DNA of 63,521 nucleotides, filler included, from Pirum gemmata (Eukaryota): NCBI GenBank assembly GCA_002812295.1. It is 11 parts of 11 records of this genome, joined end to end, with 100 filler letters (N's around TTAATTAATTAA, not from the genome) between each part and the next. Parts side by side here need not be neighbours in the genome. Positions count along the whole stretch, not along the records: positions 17,653 to 23,438 come from PDIN01000433.1; positions 23,539 to 29,035 come from PDIN01000434.1; positions 29,136 to 34,944 come from PDIN01000435.1; positions 35,045 to 40,840 come from PDIN01000436.1; 7 more parts are not named here. One strand, 5' to 3'. Shown piece by piece: positions 23,061 to 36,199 of this stretch (position 1 is its first letter; each line of letters starts with the position of its first letter). The notes under the pieces were generated by a model. It saw only the letters and a program-made list of their open reading frames with translations, ran no database searches and was not told where the DNA came from. The position numbers and the translations under genes were made by a program.

Positions 23061-23631
23061 TATAATAATTATTATTTATAAATATAATTTTTTTTTTTTT
23101 TTAATTAAAAGCTTTTTAAAAAAAAAAAAGGTTTGTATTTTTGGTTTTTACAGCTTTTCTATTTTAGCAAGAAACAGACAGTATGTGTAATGTGTATGGG
23201 TACCCTGGTAGCCTAGAACGAGTTAGTGAGTAATAGTGACTGTTAGTAAGCACACCGTAAGCACTCATTTGCCTGTTATTTTCATATCATAATACCTAGT
23301 TCACCACTCAGGCACTCGAGTCAGAAGACTGCAGTATCATTAGGCATTATTTGACTTGTCTATTATTTGCTCTTTATTATTTGCTCCCCAAAAAACTAAA
23401 AAAAAAAAAAAAAAAAGAAAATATAAATTTTTTTTTTTNNNNNNNNNNNNNNNNNNNNNNNNNNNNNNNNNNNNNNNNNNNNTTAATTAATTAANNNNNN
23501 NNNNNNNNNNNNNNNNNNNNNNNNNNNNNNNNNNNNNNAGTAGTTAGTAGTAGTAGTGTAGTAAGCTACTCACAAAATGAAAAAAACAGAAAAACAAGAC
23601 GGTACTAGCTAGGAATGTCTAGTTAGCTAGG

Positions 23632-23811
23632 TCATTTATTTTGTCACTCTGAATATTTATTTGGTTGGTTATAATTTTTTAATTGACATTTTTTAAATAA
23701 ATAAATAGATAATAAAACATACCAAATTAAATGAAATGGATTTATATTGTATTAATTTGGTACTCTTTATTGTATATTTTATGATGACAAAAACAACTGA
23801 AAAACACAATA
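23632..23811 (+). mobile_element. MITE family B copy
   Basis: Internal match to the family; ends TGAAAAACACAATA. Confidence 0.8.
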
Positions 23812-24752
23812 GTGGATATTTGTTAATTAAATGTTTAAAATTGTTGTTTTGCTGTTTACAATTGTTAATCCTTTATAAATTGTTGTAATAAGTGGTTAAT
23901 CGTTTATAAAATTGTTAAACTTTGTTTCAATATTATTATTATTTATAATTATATTATCGATATCATCATTCATTTATCGTTTTCATTTATAATATTATTT
24001 CAAATTTTAATAATAATAAAATGTGGGAAGGTTTTTTTCTTTGGAAATAATAATTCTAGAAATAAGCTTTACAATTGTAATTTTGTTTGTTTTGTTTGTT
24101 TTGTTTGTTTTGTTTGTTTTGTTTGTTTTGTTTGTTTTGTTTTGTTTGTTTCGTTTGTTTTCTTGATTTGAATAATAAATACAATGTTTTTAGCTGTTTT
24201 TATTTTTTTTATTGTTTAATTATTGTTTAATTGTTTTTTTAATAACTATTTAATCTTATTTCATTGTTTTCATGGGTTATATTGGTTTAAAAATAGTTAA
24301 ATATTTGTTAAACGTTTAACATTGGTTAATTGCTGTTAAAAATTGTTGTTTTAATTGTTGAGGTCCTATTAATATATTGTTGTTTAATTGTTTATCGTTT
24401 ATAAATTGTTAATCGTTTATAAATTGTTAATCGAGTTATAAGTGATTATTAATACTTTATTAATACTCGTTTATAAAATTGTTAAACTTTGTTTCAATAT
24501 TATTATTATTTATAATAATATTATCGATATCATCATTCATTTATCGTTTTTTTATTTATTTATATTTACAATTGTAATTGTCTAATACTCCACAACTTTC
24601 GCCATTTGGACCTAAATCAATATCGCACATAATTGGGATTTGTAACATGTCCCATAGGAGTCCCATAGGCCAGTAGCAAAATATTAGATCAATTTTTAAT
24701 AATAATAATAAAATGTGGGAAGGTTTTTTTCTTTGGAAATATTATAATAATT

Positions 24753-26669
24753 CTAGAAATAAGCTTTACAATTGTAATTGTCTAATACTCCACAACTTTC
24801 GCCATTTGGACCTAAATCAATATCGCACATAATTGGGATTTGCAACATGTCCCATAGGCCAGTAGCAAAGTCACCACATGCCATGGCCATTATACCATGG
24901 GCAATATTACCGCCTTGTTGAGCGACATGACAAACCTTTTCCAAGTCTGAAGAAACAGACGATAATTCGGGAACGGAAGGTAATTTACAGAGTAGCTGAG
25001 TCACCATAGAAATAAGATTATCATAACTAATTTTTTTGGTAACGCTTTTGATGGTGATTTCTTTAAACGTTTGTCCCACACACATAGGGTTTTCTTGCAT
25101 TGCAATCAAGGCTTCTCCTAGACCAGGGACTAAATCTAGAACTTTATCCAAACCTTTGGCCGCCAAACCGAGACCCATTTTGGTAATACTACAGGCTTCT
25201 TTTTCTACCCATTTTTCCGCAGCTGTTACTATTTTTTTGACTTCGTTGATGATACCTTCCACAAAGTTAATGACTTCACCACATGCATTGTCTCCAGCCA
25301 TATGATTTTTACCTAAATCATGATAAGGAATGTTATAATATTTTGTTAAAAATTTAAATTTTGAATTATATACATTAGGCAATATTAATAATAGGAGTTT
25401 ATACAATTTTTTGAAAATTAACCAATATTGTATCTTTTAAAAAAGATTAATTGAATTGAATTTACTTAAAAGAAGTTAAAGGCATTAAATTTTGTATTAC
25501 TGATTACCTTGCATTTGTTGTGATAAACTCTTCATACATTCTTTCTTACTATTGATTTTCACTTGTGCTGCGTGTTGAGAGTCTACTAATTGTTTCATTG
25601 AGAGGTCGTATAAAGGTTTCTTTGTTAAATATAAAAACTGACCGCTTAAAACGTAACCAGCTCTCACAAATGGAGTTAAAAAGTTTTCCGGGGAACTACT
25701 ATACGTAATTATTTGGGCGCGACAAACTCCGTTTACTAAGTCATGTGTTTTTGGATTAAATTGTCTATTTATAATATATAATATGTATGAAAAATGTAAA
25801 GTTGTGTTAGAGTTCGGTGTTGTTGCATGTTATTATATACAGTCACAGTTTTATAGTTCGGTGAAGAATTCTGTTTTTAATAAAAAGGTATCGGAGATGT
25901 TATTAGGGTTTTAATTAAGAGTTTTAAAGGCAAGGGTTGGTGTAAAGTAGTGTGTTTGTTACCTTGGTTGAACATTAACATTAAAGCAGTCGGTATCTTT
26001 CTTCAAACTTACTACTCCGTTAATTAATTCAAAACAATCACTTTCTTTTGGGTTAGCATCTGCACTTTTAATATTCATTTGGAACTTAGTACCAGAACCT
26101 GCATACAGCGTATAAGTTAAAGTTCTAGTTTTGACGTTTGTCTTTGGATTTTTTTGATTTAGATTTAAAGTGGCCGTAACCACATTGTGCTTCGGGTCAT
26201 ACACATTTTGCGGGTAGTAAGTATTTTCCACTGAAGAAAAATAGTAATCATTAGCCATGGTATTCAAAAACAAAACGTACGATTCATTCTTGCCTAAAGT
26301 AGAACCATTCAAGTCTCCCAAGGCTACTTCAGAACAAGGAACACTAGTAGACACAAAACACCCATGAGCACCGCAACTTTCCTTGGTATTATTCAACATC
26401 GCATACAGCTGGTTGAAGAAGCCATAGCCAGCAGGGGAAGTTAGAGTTTGTTTAGTTTTAATTTGTTTGGAATAATTGTTATAGTCCAGTACTGCTTGAT
26501 CATGATCTGCTTTTTCTCGGTTAAATTCATTATTTAACTGTTGAATCTGCATTTTATTGATACAATATTCTGTGCACAGATATCTTGTACGTTTGTCTGA
26601 ACATGGATCCGCAACAACCATTGAAGCTGCTATGGAAAGAAGAAATGTCGAAGTAGTAAAGAATTGCAT
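24753..26669 (-). CDS. Secreted Cys-rich protein of unknown family, 507 aa, exons 26669-25963, 25764-25508, 25312-24753
   Basis: Donors AG|GTAAC and AG|GTAAT and acceptors ATAG and TTAG give matching phases (707+257+560 = 1524 nt). The middle exon is open (RQFNPKTHDLVNGVCRAQ...). Signal peptide MQFFTTSTFLLSIAASMVVA. Confidence 0.85.
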
Positions 26670-26949
26670 TGTTGCTTTTTGTTTTTGTTTTTGTTTTTGT
26701 TTTTGTTTTTTGTTTTTGTTTTTGTTTTTGTTTTTGTTTTCGTTTTTGTTTTTATTATTGTGTTTTATTTTTTGCTCCCCCCCCCCCCCCCCTTTTTATA
26801 GTAGATATAACGATACTTTAAAACAATTATAATTATGTTAATGTTATATAGTATATTATATGAAATATTATATAATAATATATTGTAGTATAGAAAACCA
26901 TTGTATAATAAGACATAATATGTTAATATTTCTACTTTTTAATTTTCTT

Positions 26950-28965
26950 TATTTTTATTTTTTTTTATTTTCTGGATAATAATAAGATAATAATTATTCA
27001 AGGAGAAAAAAAAAAAATCCTTATTAATATAATATAACTATTAGAAAAAAAAAAATGCATTCTAGCACCCACAGACCACAAAGTTTCATTTGTCATCGAG
27101 CAACATATTCCAGCTGCAGTACACTATAAATAATAATTAGAGCAATTGTTTTTTGTATTTATAATAAGGTTTTTAATTAGAATTCATAATGAATAACACA
27201 AAAGGTTTTTATTCTTGTATTCATGAAAAAGAAAAGAAAAATGAAATATAGGGATTTTTTTGTTTTTAATAAAATAACTTGCTTTTACATTACCAACCAT
27301 GTCACTCATGAGTTCAACCCATAACTTAAATATTTAATAATAATTATTTAATGATAGTTATTTAATGATAAAATGATTCAGTATTAATCATAATATATAG
27401 TAATAATAATGTGAGCTTAGGAATTGCTAAGGTTATTATTGAAAATTGAATATAAAACTATTACAATAATATTATAATGTACCAAAATTAACAAACAAAC
27501 AACATCAAATTGAAACAACTTTTATTTTACAATGATCATTATAAATGATCATGAGGATTATGATTATTATTAGAAAGGTTGAAATTGGTGAAATGTTAGA
27601 TACTGATGGCCATGGGTGCTTTCTTGCACCCATGGGACACAGAGTGTCATGTGATATTGAACAACAAGACATGCTGTTGGGACTATGGTTACCAACTGTT
27701 ACCATACAACTACTTGCTAGCAGTGACATTGAACAATAAATTCCAGCTACAGCACAAGAATATATATATATATAGACCTTAATTTGATTATTTGCATTCT
27801 TTTTATAATCAAATTAACGTCTATATATAAACAGAGTAATCGTGTACATCGATCACAAAATGTGAAAAAATTTCTAAGTATTTTTTTTACCAATTTTGTT
27901 TAATCCTTAACCATATTCAACCACTAGCAGCTGTTTTAGTGGGGAGATATAGTCTATTATACGTTTTATTTGTTTTAATAAGGAGTTTGAAAAGGTTCTT
28001 TTCTTCATTATTTTTATTTTTTTTATTTTTGGATGGATAATAATAAGATCATAATTATTCAAGAAGGAGAAGAAAAAAAAATCCTTATAGCTATTAGAAA
28101 AAAAAAATTGCATTCTTGCACCCACATGTACAGGCCACAAAGTTTCATTTGTCATCGAGCAACAAATTCCAGCTGCAGTACACTATAATAATTAGGGCAA
28201 TATTAATTGTTTTTTGTATTTATAATAAGGTTTTTAATTAGAATTCATAATATAAATAATGCAAAAGGTTTTTATGTTTTTATTCTTGTATTCATCAAAA
28301 AAAGAGAAAAGAAAAATGAAATTTAGGGAATTTTTTGTTTTTAAAATAACTTGCTTTTACATTACCAACCATGTCAATCATGAGTTCAACCCATAACTCA
28401 AACGTTTAATGATATTTATTTAATGATAGTTATTTAATGATAATACTTTAGTATTAATCATAATATATAATGATAATAGTGTGAGCTAAGGAACTGCTAA
28501 GGTTATTATTGAAAATCGAATATAGAACTATTACAATAATATTATAATATACCAAAATTAATTAACAAACAAATAGCATCAAATTGAAACAACTTTTATT
28601 TTACAATATTTATTATAAATGGTCATGAGGATTATGATTATTATTGGAAAGGTTGAAATTGGTGAAATGTTAGATACTGATGGCGCACCCACGGGGCACA
28701 GAGTGTCATGTGACCCCCGTGTTACCATACAACCACTAGCTAGTAGCAGTGATATTGAACAACAAATTCCAGCTGCAGCACAAGAATATATATATATAAT
28801 TATATTATGATAGTCTATAGCTAGTCATGAATATTTTGAATAATAATAAAAGACATGCCGTTGGAACTATGGTTACCAACTGTTACCATGCAACCACTAA
28901 CAGCTGTTTCAAAAAAAATTTGTTTTATTTGTTTAATAAGGAGTTTGAAAAGGTTCTTTTCTTGG
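26950..28965 (+). repeat. Diverged tandem duplication with a unit of about 1.05 kb
   Basis: Landmarks recur about 1070 bp apart (27080/28140, 27290/28360, 27580/28655). Confidence 0.88.
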
Positions 28966-29135
28966 GTATTTCTTGGTATTTCTTGATATCAGCATCACTA
29001 GATCAGCATCACTCTCTCCCACCACCAGTTACCATNNNNNNNNNNNNNNNNNNNNNNNNNNNNNNNNNNNNNNNNNNNNTTAATTAATTAANNNNNNNNN
29101 NNNNNNNNNNNNNNNNNNNNNNNNNNNNNNNNNNN

Positions 29136-29473
29136 ACAATAAAAATAACAATAACAATTGCAATAACAATAACATGTGCAATAACAATAACATGTGCAAT
29201 AACAATATTAATAACAATAACAATAACAATAACAATAACAATAACAATAACAATAACAATAATTAATAACAATAACAATAACAATAACAATAATAATAAC
29301 AATAACAATATATATTAACAATAACAATATTAACAATAACAACAACAATAACAATAACAATAAGAATAACAATAACAATAACAATAACAATAACAATAAA
29401 AATAAAAATAACAATAACAATAACAATAACAATAACAATAACAATAACAATAACAATATAACAATAACAATAA
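29136..29473. repeat. (AACAAT)n microsatellite
   Basis: Seen directly. Confidence 0.95.
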
Positions 29474-30048
29474 TTTAATTTAATAGCAATCTAACGGAAT
29501 ACCATGATATTTTATGATTAAATTTTTTTGCAAGGAGTTCGTCTTCTCCCTTTTTTCCAAAAAAGTAATGAAGGTCTAGCTAGCTATCATAGCTCACTAT
29601 GGTACTAGCTAGCTATGACTAGTATGATACCATATACTACTATGATAGCTATCTAAACCGGTAGTTTTATATTTAAACCATAAATAGTAAAATAATTTTC
29701 TAATAATTTTCTTTTTTTGAAACACTCTTAGTATAGTAACTTGAGTTACTTTAAATAGTTTATATTTTACTATAATTAGTAAGCAAAGCTGCAGCGGAAA
29801 AGGAAATTTTAAAGTCATATTGGAGGGTCATATCAATTTTTTTTTAATTTTTTTTTTGCACGTGCGCTTTTTTCGTTTTATAAAACACAGTCAGAACAGT
29901 CATGACGGTTAAAGATGTTTGATTGGTTGTTTGGTTGTCAAAAAAAAAAAAAAAAAAAAAAAATGAAAGGTAGATCTGAGTCGGGGCGACTAGCTAGCTA
30001 GCTCTAGCTAGACAGAGTGATTTATCATATGATCATAGCCTTTTCTAA

Positions 30049-30142
30049 GGGAGCGTTCAAATACTATGTAAAACCAATTCCCGGCTTCAAATACCCCTAC
30101 CTACCTACCCCTCGACGTTAAATTCCGGTCGAATACCACCTA
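30049..30142 (-). mobile_element. MITE family A copy, truncated by an (AACAATT)n array (30143-30345)
   Basis: Starts TAA-GGGAGCGTTCAAATA. Confidence 0.8.
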
Positions 30143-30382
30143 TTAACAATTAACAATTAACAATTAAACAATTAACAATTAACAATTAGGAATTAATAAT
30201 TAATAATTAACAATAAACAATTAATAATTAATAATAACAATTAACAATTAACAATTAACAATTGAACAATTAACAATTAACAATTAACAATTAACAATTA
30301 ACAATTAACAATTAACAATTATTAATTAATAACAATTAACAATTAAAATTGGGGGGAGTAGACCTACCTATACTAATTATAA

Positions 30383-30485
30383 GGGAACATTCTTTAATGA
30401 CGTCACTTACATAACCCTTTTCTAGATTTTTATATTACTATCTGAAAGCTTATATAATTCACCTGACGTTAGTAATGAATGTTCC
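30383..30485. mobile_element. MITE family I copy
   Basis: TAA-GGGAACATTC...GAATGTTCC. Confidence 0.6.
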
Positions 30486-31413
30486 TACACAGTTCCTACA
30501 GTGTTCCTACTCTCTACTAGCTAGAGGAAAGATAGATTAGCAGGTAGCTAACTAGCTAGTAGCTATGTGCTAGCTCCTACTAGTCTCCTACTGTAGACTG
30601 TAGTGTGTCATAATTCTCTACCGGTATCATACAGAATCACCCCTATATATATAGACGGATAAGTGACGAATATACAGTCTATAATAGTATACAGAATACT
30701 AGGCTAGAGTGCCGATAGAGTACTCGAGAACTATTCCACACCCTATTTTCTTTATTTTTATTAAAAAAAAATTTTAGTATTTTTTTTTTTTTTTTTACTA
30801 TTATTATTTATTATGACTATATTCAAAGCTATATATTATATCACATGATATGATTGAGTCATACTGCTCCAGAGTGCTCCAGAGTGCTCCAGAGTAGTCC
30901 AGAGTCAATGAGTCATACTGTACTAAGTCTACAAGGTATACATCATAGGCACTTCCAAGTTCTAGCTCTTCCAGCTATCAGATATGATATGATATGATAT
31001 TATTAATTAAGTAGCTCTAGAGCGAACACTTCCACAAACATCTGGATTATTATTATACATGGATGATACAATTTATATTAAAGTATAATAATATCGTGAT
31101 AATACATCAATATCATATCTATATAATATATATCGATATTATCATAGTAGATTCTCAGTAGTCTATTACAAACTTTCGAATGGTCGAGATTTTCAACGAA
31201 AATTGTAACAAAAATCTAGAACTATCGATATTTATAATATATATTATAATATTAAAATGCTATATAATACTTAGTAGTTTATAATCAACAGCAATAATAA
31301 TAGCCTTGTGAGAGTATATTTGACAATATACCTTTCAATACGGTAGGTGCCCTTACTAAACCATTTTAACTATCATATGATACTTTTTATAAGTATTGAT
31401 AGCTACATGAAAT

Positions 31414-31602
31414 TATCGTGCTTTTCATTTATTTTGTCACTCTGAATATTTATTTGGAGGGTTATAATCTTTAAGTTACCATTTTTAAATCAATAAGTAG
31501 ATAATAAAATATACCAAATTAAATTAAATGGATTTATATTGTATTAATTTGGTACTATTTATTGTTTATTCTATGATGACAAAACAAATGAAAAGCATTG
31601 TA
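31414..31602 (+). mobile_element. MITE family B, full-length
   Basis: TATCGTGCTTTTCA...TGAAAAGCATTGTA. Confidence 0.85.
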
Positions 31603-32041
31603 ATTTTAATTAAAACATAATAATATTATTATAATATTATGTTCTATCATATTATGTAGACCTGAAATGTAGGTGGTCTACCGGTACTCTAGCTAGCTAG
31701 GTCTGCCAGTGGCGCTATCGATCAACATAATTCATATCATATATCATCAATAAAAACACCCCAGTAGTGTGCCATTTCTTCTCTAGCTAGCTATTTATCT
31801 ATCTACCTAGCTAGCTACTAGTAAGAAGACTGGGTATCAGATAGACTAGTAGTAGCTTGGTAGTAGTGCCATTTCTAACATAAAAGGTAATTTTGCTTTT
31901 TTGTATGGTGTACCCACACTGTACCGTCACCGTCACTACCGTGTCCTTTAATTTGTAGTAACTATGATAGTTACTAACGATAACTCTAGCTAGCTAGCTA
32001 GCTATCATAGTGTATGAATAATCTGACGTCTAGGTACTATC

Positions 32042-32142
32042 TAGGTAGGGGTATTTGAAGCAGAAGCTGTGTTTGACCCTACTAGCTAGGTGTTTGCCCG
32101 GAAATTGGCGTTACGTAGTATTTGAACTATTTGAACGCTCCC
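32042..32142 (+). mobile_element. MITE family A partial copy with internal micro-insertions
   Basis: Ends TATTTGAACGCTCCC. Confidence 0.75.
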
Positions 32143-32279
32143 TTTTATATGCTTTATTTATATTATCATAGCTAGCTGAGTCAGGCTACTTTGAAGTACT
32201 TTCTCGAGAGCTAGCTAGCTATCAGATAGCTAGTAGCTATCGGCATCGGTAGTAGACTAGCTAGCAGCTGTAGGTGGCG

Positions 32280-33340
32280 CAGCAACTACAATTTACTAAC
32301 AAACCAATCACACAATCATAATCTCACAATACACAACATTATTTTTTTTACACAAACAATAAATTTTTACACAATAGAAACCCTAAAAAACATGATTCCC
32401 AATACAAAACAACACAAAACAATTATTTTTTAAAAAAAACTAGCATACAACCATCAACATAACAACAACATTATTAATAAGTTCGACTTCGAATTTTACG
32501 ATATTTGTAAAGCAAAATATCTTCATTAACTCAATAATACAACATGTGTACAACAATATAGAAATATATGTAAAAAAGAAACAAAAAATATGCTAAAAGA
32601 CCAAATCAATAATAATACCTCCAAATAGTTGGAATCCACAATTGATTATGATAAATAGTAGTATAAAACGCATAGAAGAAAACTTCAAATCTTTGAACAT
32701 ATAGCTATAGCTACTAGAGACAAACCTGTTAGATCAGACTAGAATATACACACACACACATACACATACAAGTACCGGTTGGTATAAAAGCGAAATAAAG
32801 AGTGGATAGTTGAGCACTTCTAGTTTGAAAACCGGTGTTAGCTATATTGTAGTAATCATAAAAAGTCTTATTAATTGTATTACTTGTAAATATTTCATTT
32901 AATCCATAAGCGAAACTAATATGATAAGTATCATACAATATAATAATGGTTATAGCTAACCTACATCAAAATAATATTACATATAAATCCGGATATAGAC
33001 GACAACTACAACAATATCCACAACAACGAATACAACGCAATAATACTAGGAACAAAGTTTATTAAAAAAACAAATATTAATAATATTAATACTTCTACAA
33101 CAAAAGAATAATACAACTTGTATTTGCTCACCATAGACTATATATACTTGTATAATATCTTGGATGAAATAATACCCATAATGATAAATAATGATCGTAA
33201 TGTATATCGTTTATCAGAGATTAGTAGAACTCATATGGTGTTATTATGGAAAGTACAACAAGTCAAAACCAACTTGCAATCAAATCTTTAACTTATACCA
33301 AAGTATTATGAAACAAATCGACAAATTACAACTTTAATTA
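32280..33340 (+). mobile_element. Family E remnant (longest copy, interrupted)
   Basis: 32680-33340 is the reverse complement of parts of 2290-2595; the upstream A/C-rich tract has similar composition. Confidence 0.5.
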
Positions 33341-35651
33341 ATTTAACTATAGGTTTGTTTGTTTAGACCTAAAAGTTAGTCCTATTAGCTAAGCTGTAGT
33401 AGCTAGTCTTTTTTTTTTTTTTTTTAAAAAAAAAAAAGTATCGATATGTGATAGGAGTGTGATAGGATAATAATAGATGATAATATAATATGATATGTGA
33501 TTATAATTATATAGCCCAGTTAGTCTACTCTACTACTCCTCTACTTTCAGATAGTGAGTACCTGACACTGGTCCTGTATATAATAAGTAGTATATAAAAA
33601 AGTTATTAAATTTTTTTTTTTAATTAATTTTATTAGACTCTATCGATAGGCACTATGAAAAGTCTATGATAGCTAGCTAGGGAACTGCTGGCTAGTGGGT
33701 AGAGGAGACCTATCTAGCTAGCTAGCTAGCTCCTCAGTAGACTTAGCTATCATAGACTAGTGAATCAGTAGACCTACGGTAGTCTAACTAGCTAGCTAGT
33801 ATATGATAGCTAGCTAGTAGGACTGTCTTGTGTTATAATATAAAACAGTATCATAATATATTATGATAGTATATACCATATTAAACCTTAGTAGACTCTA
33901 GCTAGGAGACCTATGTGAATTAGTAGACTGTAGACCTACCAATGGTCCAGATAGCTACTAGGACTGTCTCGTGATATATATCGATAATAACCTAGATATA
34001 ATAACAGTAGTATAAAACAGTATATAATCTGTATTATGATAGTATACTGTATATATCACAACCTTAGTTAGACTCTAGCTAGCTAGCTAGCTAGGAGGCC
34101 TATCTACGATAGCTAGAGGGAGCTAATTGGCTAGTAGGGAGACCAGTGGGAGGATTACTAATTTACTACTATCGATAGTGTAATTATTATTGATAGCTCA
34201 TTTTTTTTTTTTTTAAAAAAAACAGTTTTTTTAATTTTTTTTTTTTTTTTTTCTTATGATTTGATTTGATTTTTTAAAAAAAAAAAAAAATCTTTTTTGG
34301 GATAGCTTTTTCGGGGGTTTTTTTTTGCTCTTTTTTGCCCTTTTTTGGGGTTCCGTTACATCAGTGTTACATCTAGCTAGTTCCTCTAGTTCTATCATCT
34401 TCTACGATATGATTTATCCATTTTTCATTATAAGCCAATAAAAAAGTTTAAAAGTTTTCCATATTTGTTTTAGTATATACTGTTCCAAATTCCAATGAAG
34501 TGGTCAACAGAATAACCGAAAATTTGCTATATATATATATGAAGGCATGGACAGCGACTCGGGTTGGCCGTTCGACCCGGTTACCCACATTTTTGTGGCA
34601 GCGGCGATTTCTCACCAACCAAAAATGCTATCGAGCTCGTAAAGAACAGTAAGATGATAAGATCATAAGATCAAAAATTAATAAAAAAAAGGAGATTGAT
34701 TGATTCTACCAACTATAAGATACATACAGGTGTGTAAGATACTGTGGAGATGAAAAATCATGAAATGAAATATTGAAAATTCCAAGTTTTTATTGATTTT
34801 TTGTTAAAAAAATTACCTCCAAGTTTTTTTTGGAAAATAGTTGAAAATTGTTTTTTAATTTTAAAAGGTCTTTACCAGACATGAAAACAAAAGATAATAA
34901 TAAGGTTTACTATAATAATATTTATTATAATAATATTTAAAATANNNNNNNNNNNNNNNNNNNNNNNNNNNNNNNNNNNNNNNNNNNNTTAATTAATTAA
35001 NNNNNNNNNNNNNNNNNNNNNNNNNNNNNNNNNNNNNNNNNNNNAAAACATTTAGCTGCGGCATTTTGAACTAATTTTTTTATTATTTTTTTATGACAAA
35101 ATTATTTGAAATAAAAAAAAAAGCAAATCGAATCCTTTACTCGAATCAAGTTCGAAAAATTACATTTTTACGCCTTTTCTTCGCAGATTCTGGCAGATTT
35201 CGAGATTTCAGAGGGGAAAAAAAGGGAAAATTAGAAAAAAGGCGCTTGAATATATACAATACGCATTATTTGAATTGCTGCGAAGAAGTTGCTTTTTTTC
35301 GAGGGGAAAATAGAGTGAAAATAGACAGTTTATTTATAGACTTACAAATATCTCTTATCTCTATGATAAATTTATATTATTATTATTTATTATTATTACT
35401 TATTATTATTATTATTATTTATTATTATTATTATTTATTATTATTATTATTCATTATTATTATTATTTATTATTATTATTTTTTATTATTATTATTTATT
35501 ATTATTAATATTATTTATTATTATTATTATTATTGAAATCACTCTTTAAGATTTTAACAAAATGTCTCCTCTCTATATTTCCTTTTTGGTTTTGGTAATT
35601 TTGTAATAAAATAGTTTTTTTTAAAAAAATAAGGAAAAAAGAACCATAAAA

Positions 35652-36199
35652 ATGGCATCACATCATATGACGATGTACTCAAATTTTGGTTTGAAGAAGT
35701 AGGGCAAAACAAAAATAAATGAAGAAACCTGAATTTGATGCGCTTATTTACAATAGATTCGGTGATTTACACAAAAAAGCTAAAAGCTATTAAATCGTGG
35801 AGAGTTGCAATCTTGGAGAGATACTGCCAAAGTTGCATTAGCAGAAATCGTTATTCTTGACCAATTTAGTCGTGACATGTTTCGAGATAAGCCCACCCCG
35901 AGTTTGCGAATGATACCTTAGCTCTTTAATTATCGAGAGAAGCTATTGGAAAAAAGCATGACAAAGAGATGGAATCTGAGTATGTAGTGTTTTTATATTT
36001 ACCTTTTATACATTCTGAATCAAAAGAAGATCATGTTGTGGCTATGGAATTGTTTGATAAACTTGGTATTAAAGGCTGTTATGAGTTTGAAATCTAACAT
36101 AAAGCAATAATAGAACGTTTTGGTCGATATCCACATATTAGGGAGAGAATCAACAGAAGAGGAAATTGAATTTTTGAAAGACCCGATTCTTCATTTTAA
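35652..36199 (+). pseudogene. DUF924-family pseudogene (bacterial-like, intronless)
   Basis: Pieces YDDVLKFWF, PEFDALI..RF, GELQSWR...ALAEIVILDQFSRDMFR, FLYLPFIHSES, HKAIIERFGRYPH and GRESTEEEIEFL occur in order, broken by frameshifts and stops. Confidence 0.88.

Noticed and set aside
25036..25305. Antisense and alternative-frame ORFs inside real genes (also 47716, 51817, 54481, 55499, 62020, 62338)
   Set aside because: Shadows of well-supported CDSs.
34561..34590. tRNA T-arm-like hairpin GGCCG-TTCGACC-CGGTT
   Set aside because: No D arm, anticodon arm or acceptor stem can be built; more likely transposon subterminal sequence.
35625..35654. AAGGA Shine-Dalgarno-like word before the DUF924 pseudogene
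   Set aside because: Spacing is too long and the word is expected by chance in A-rich DNA.
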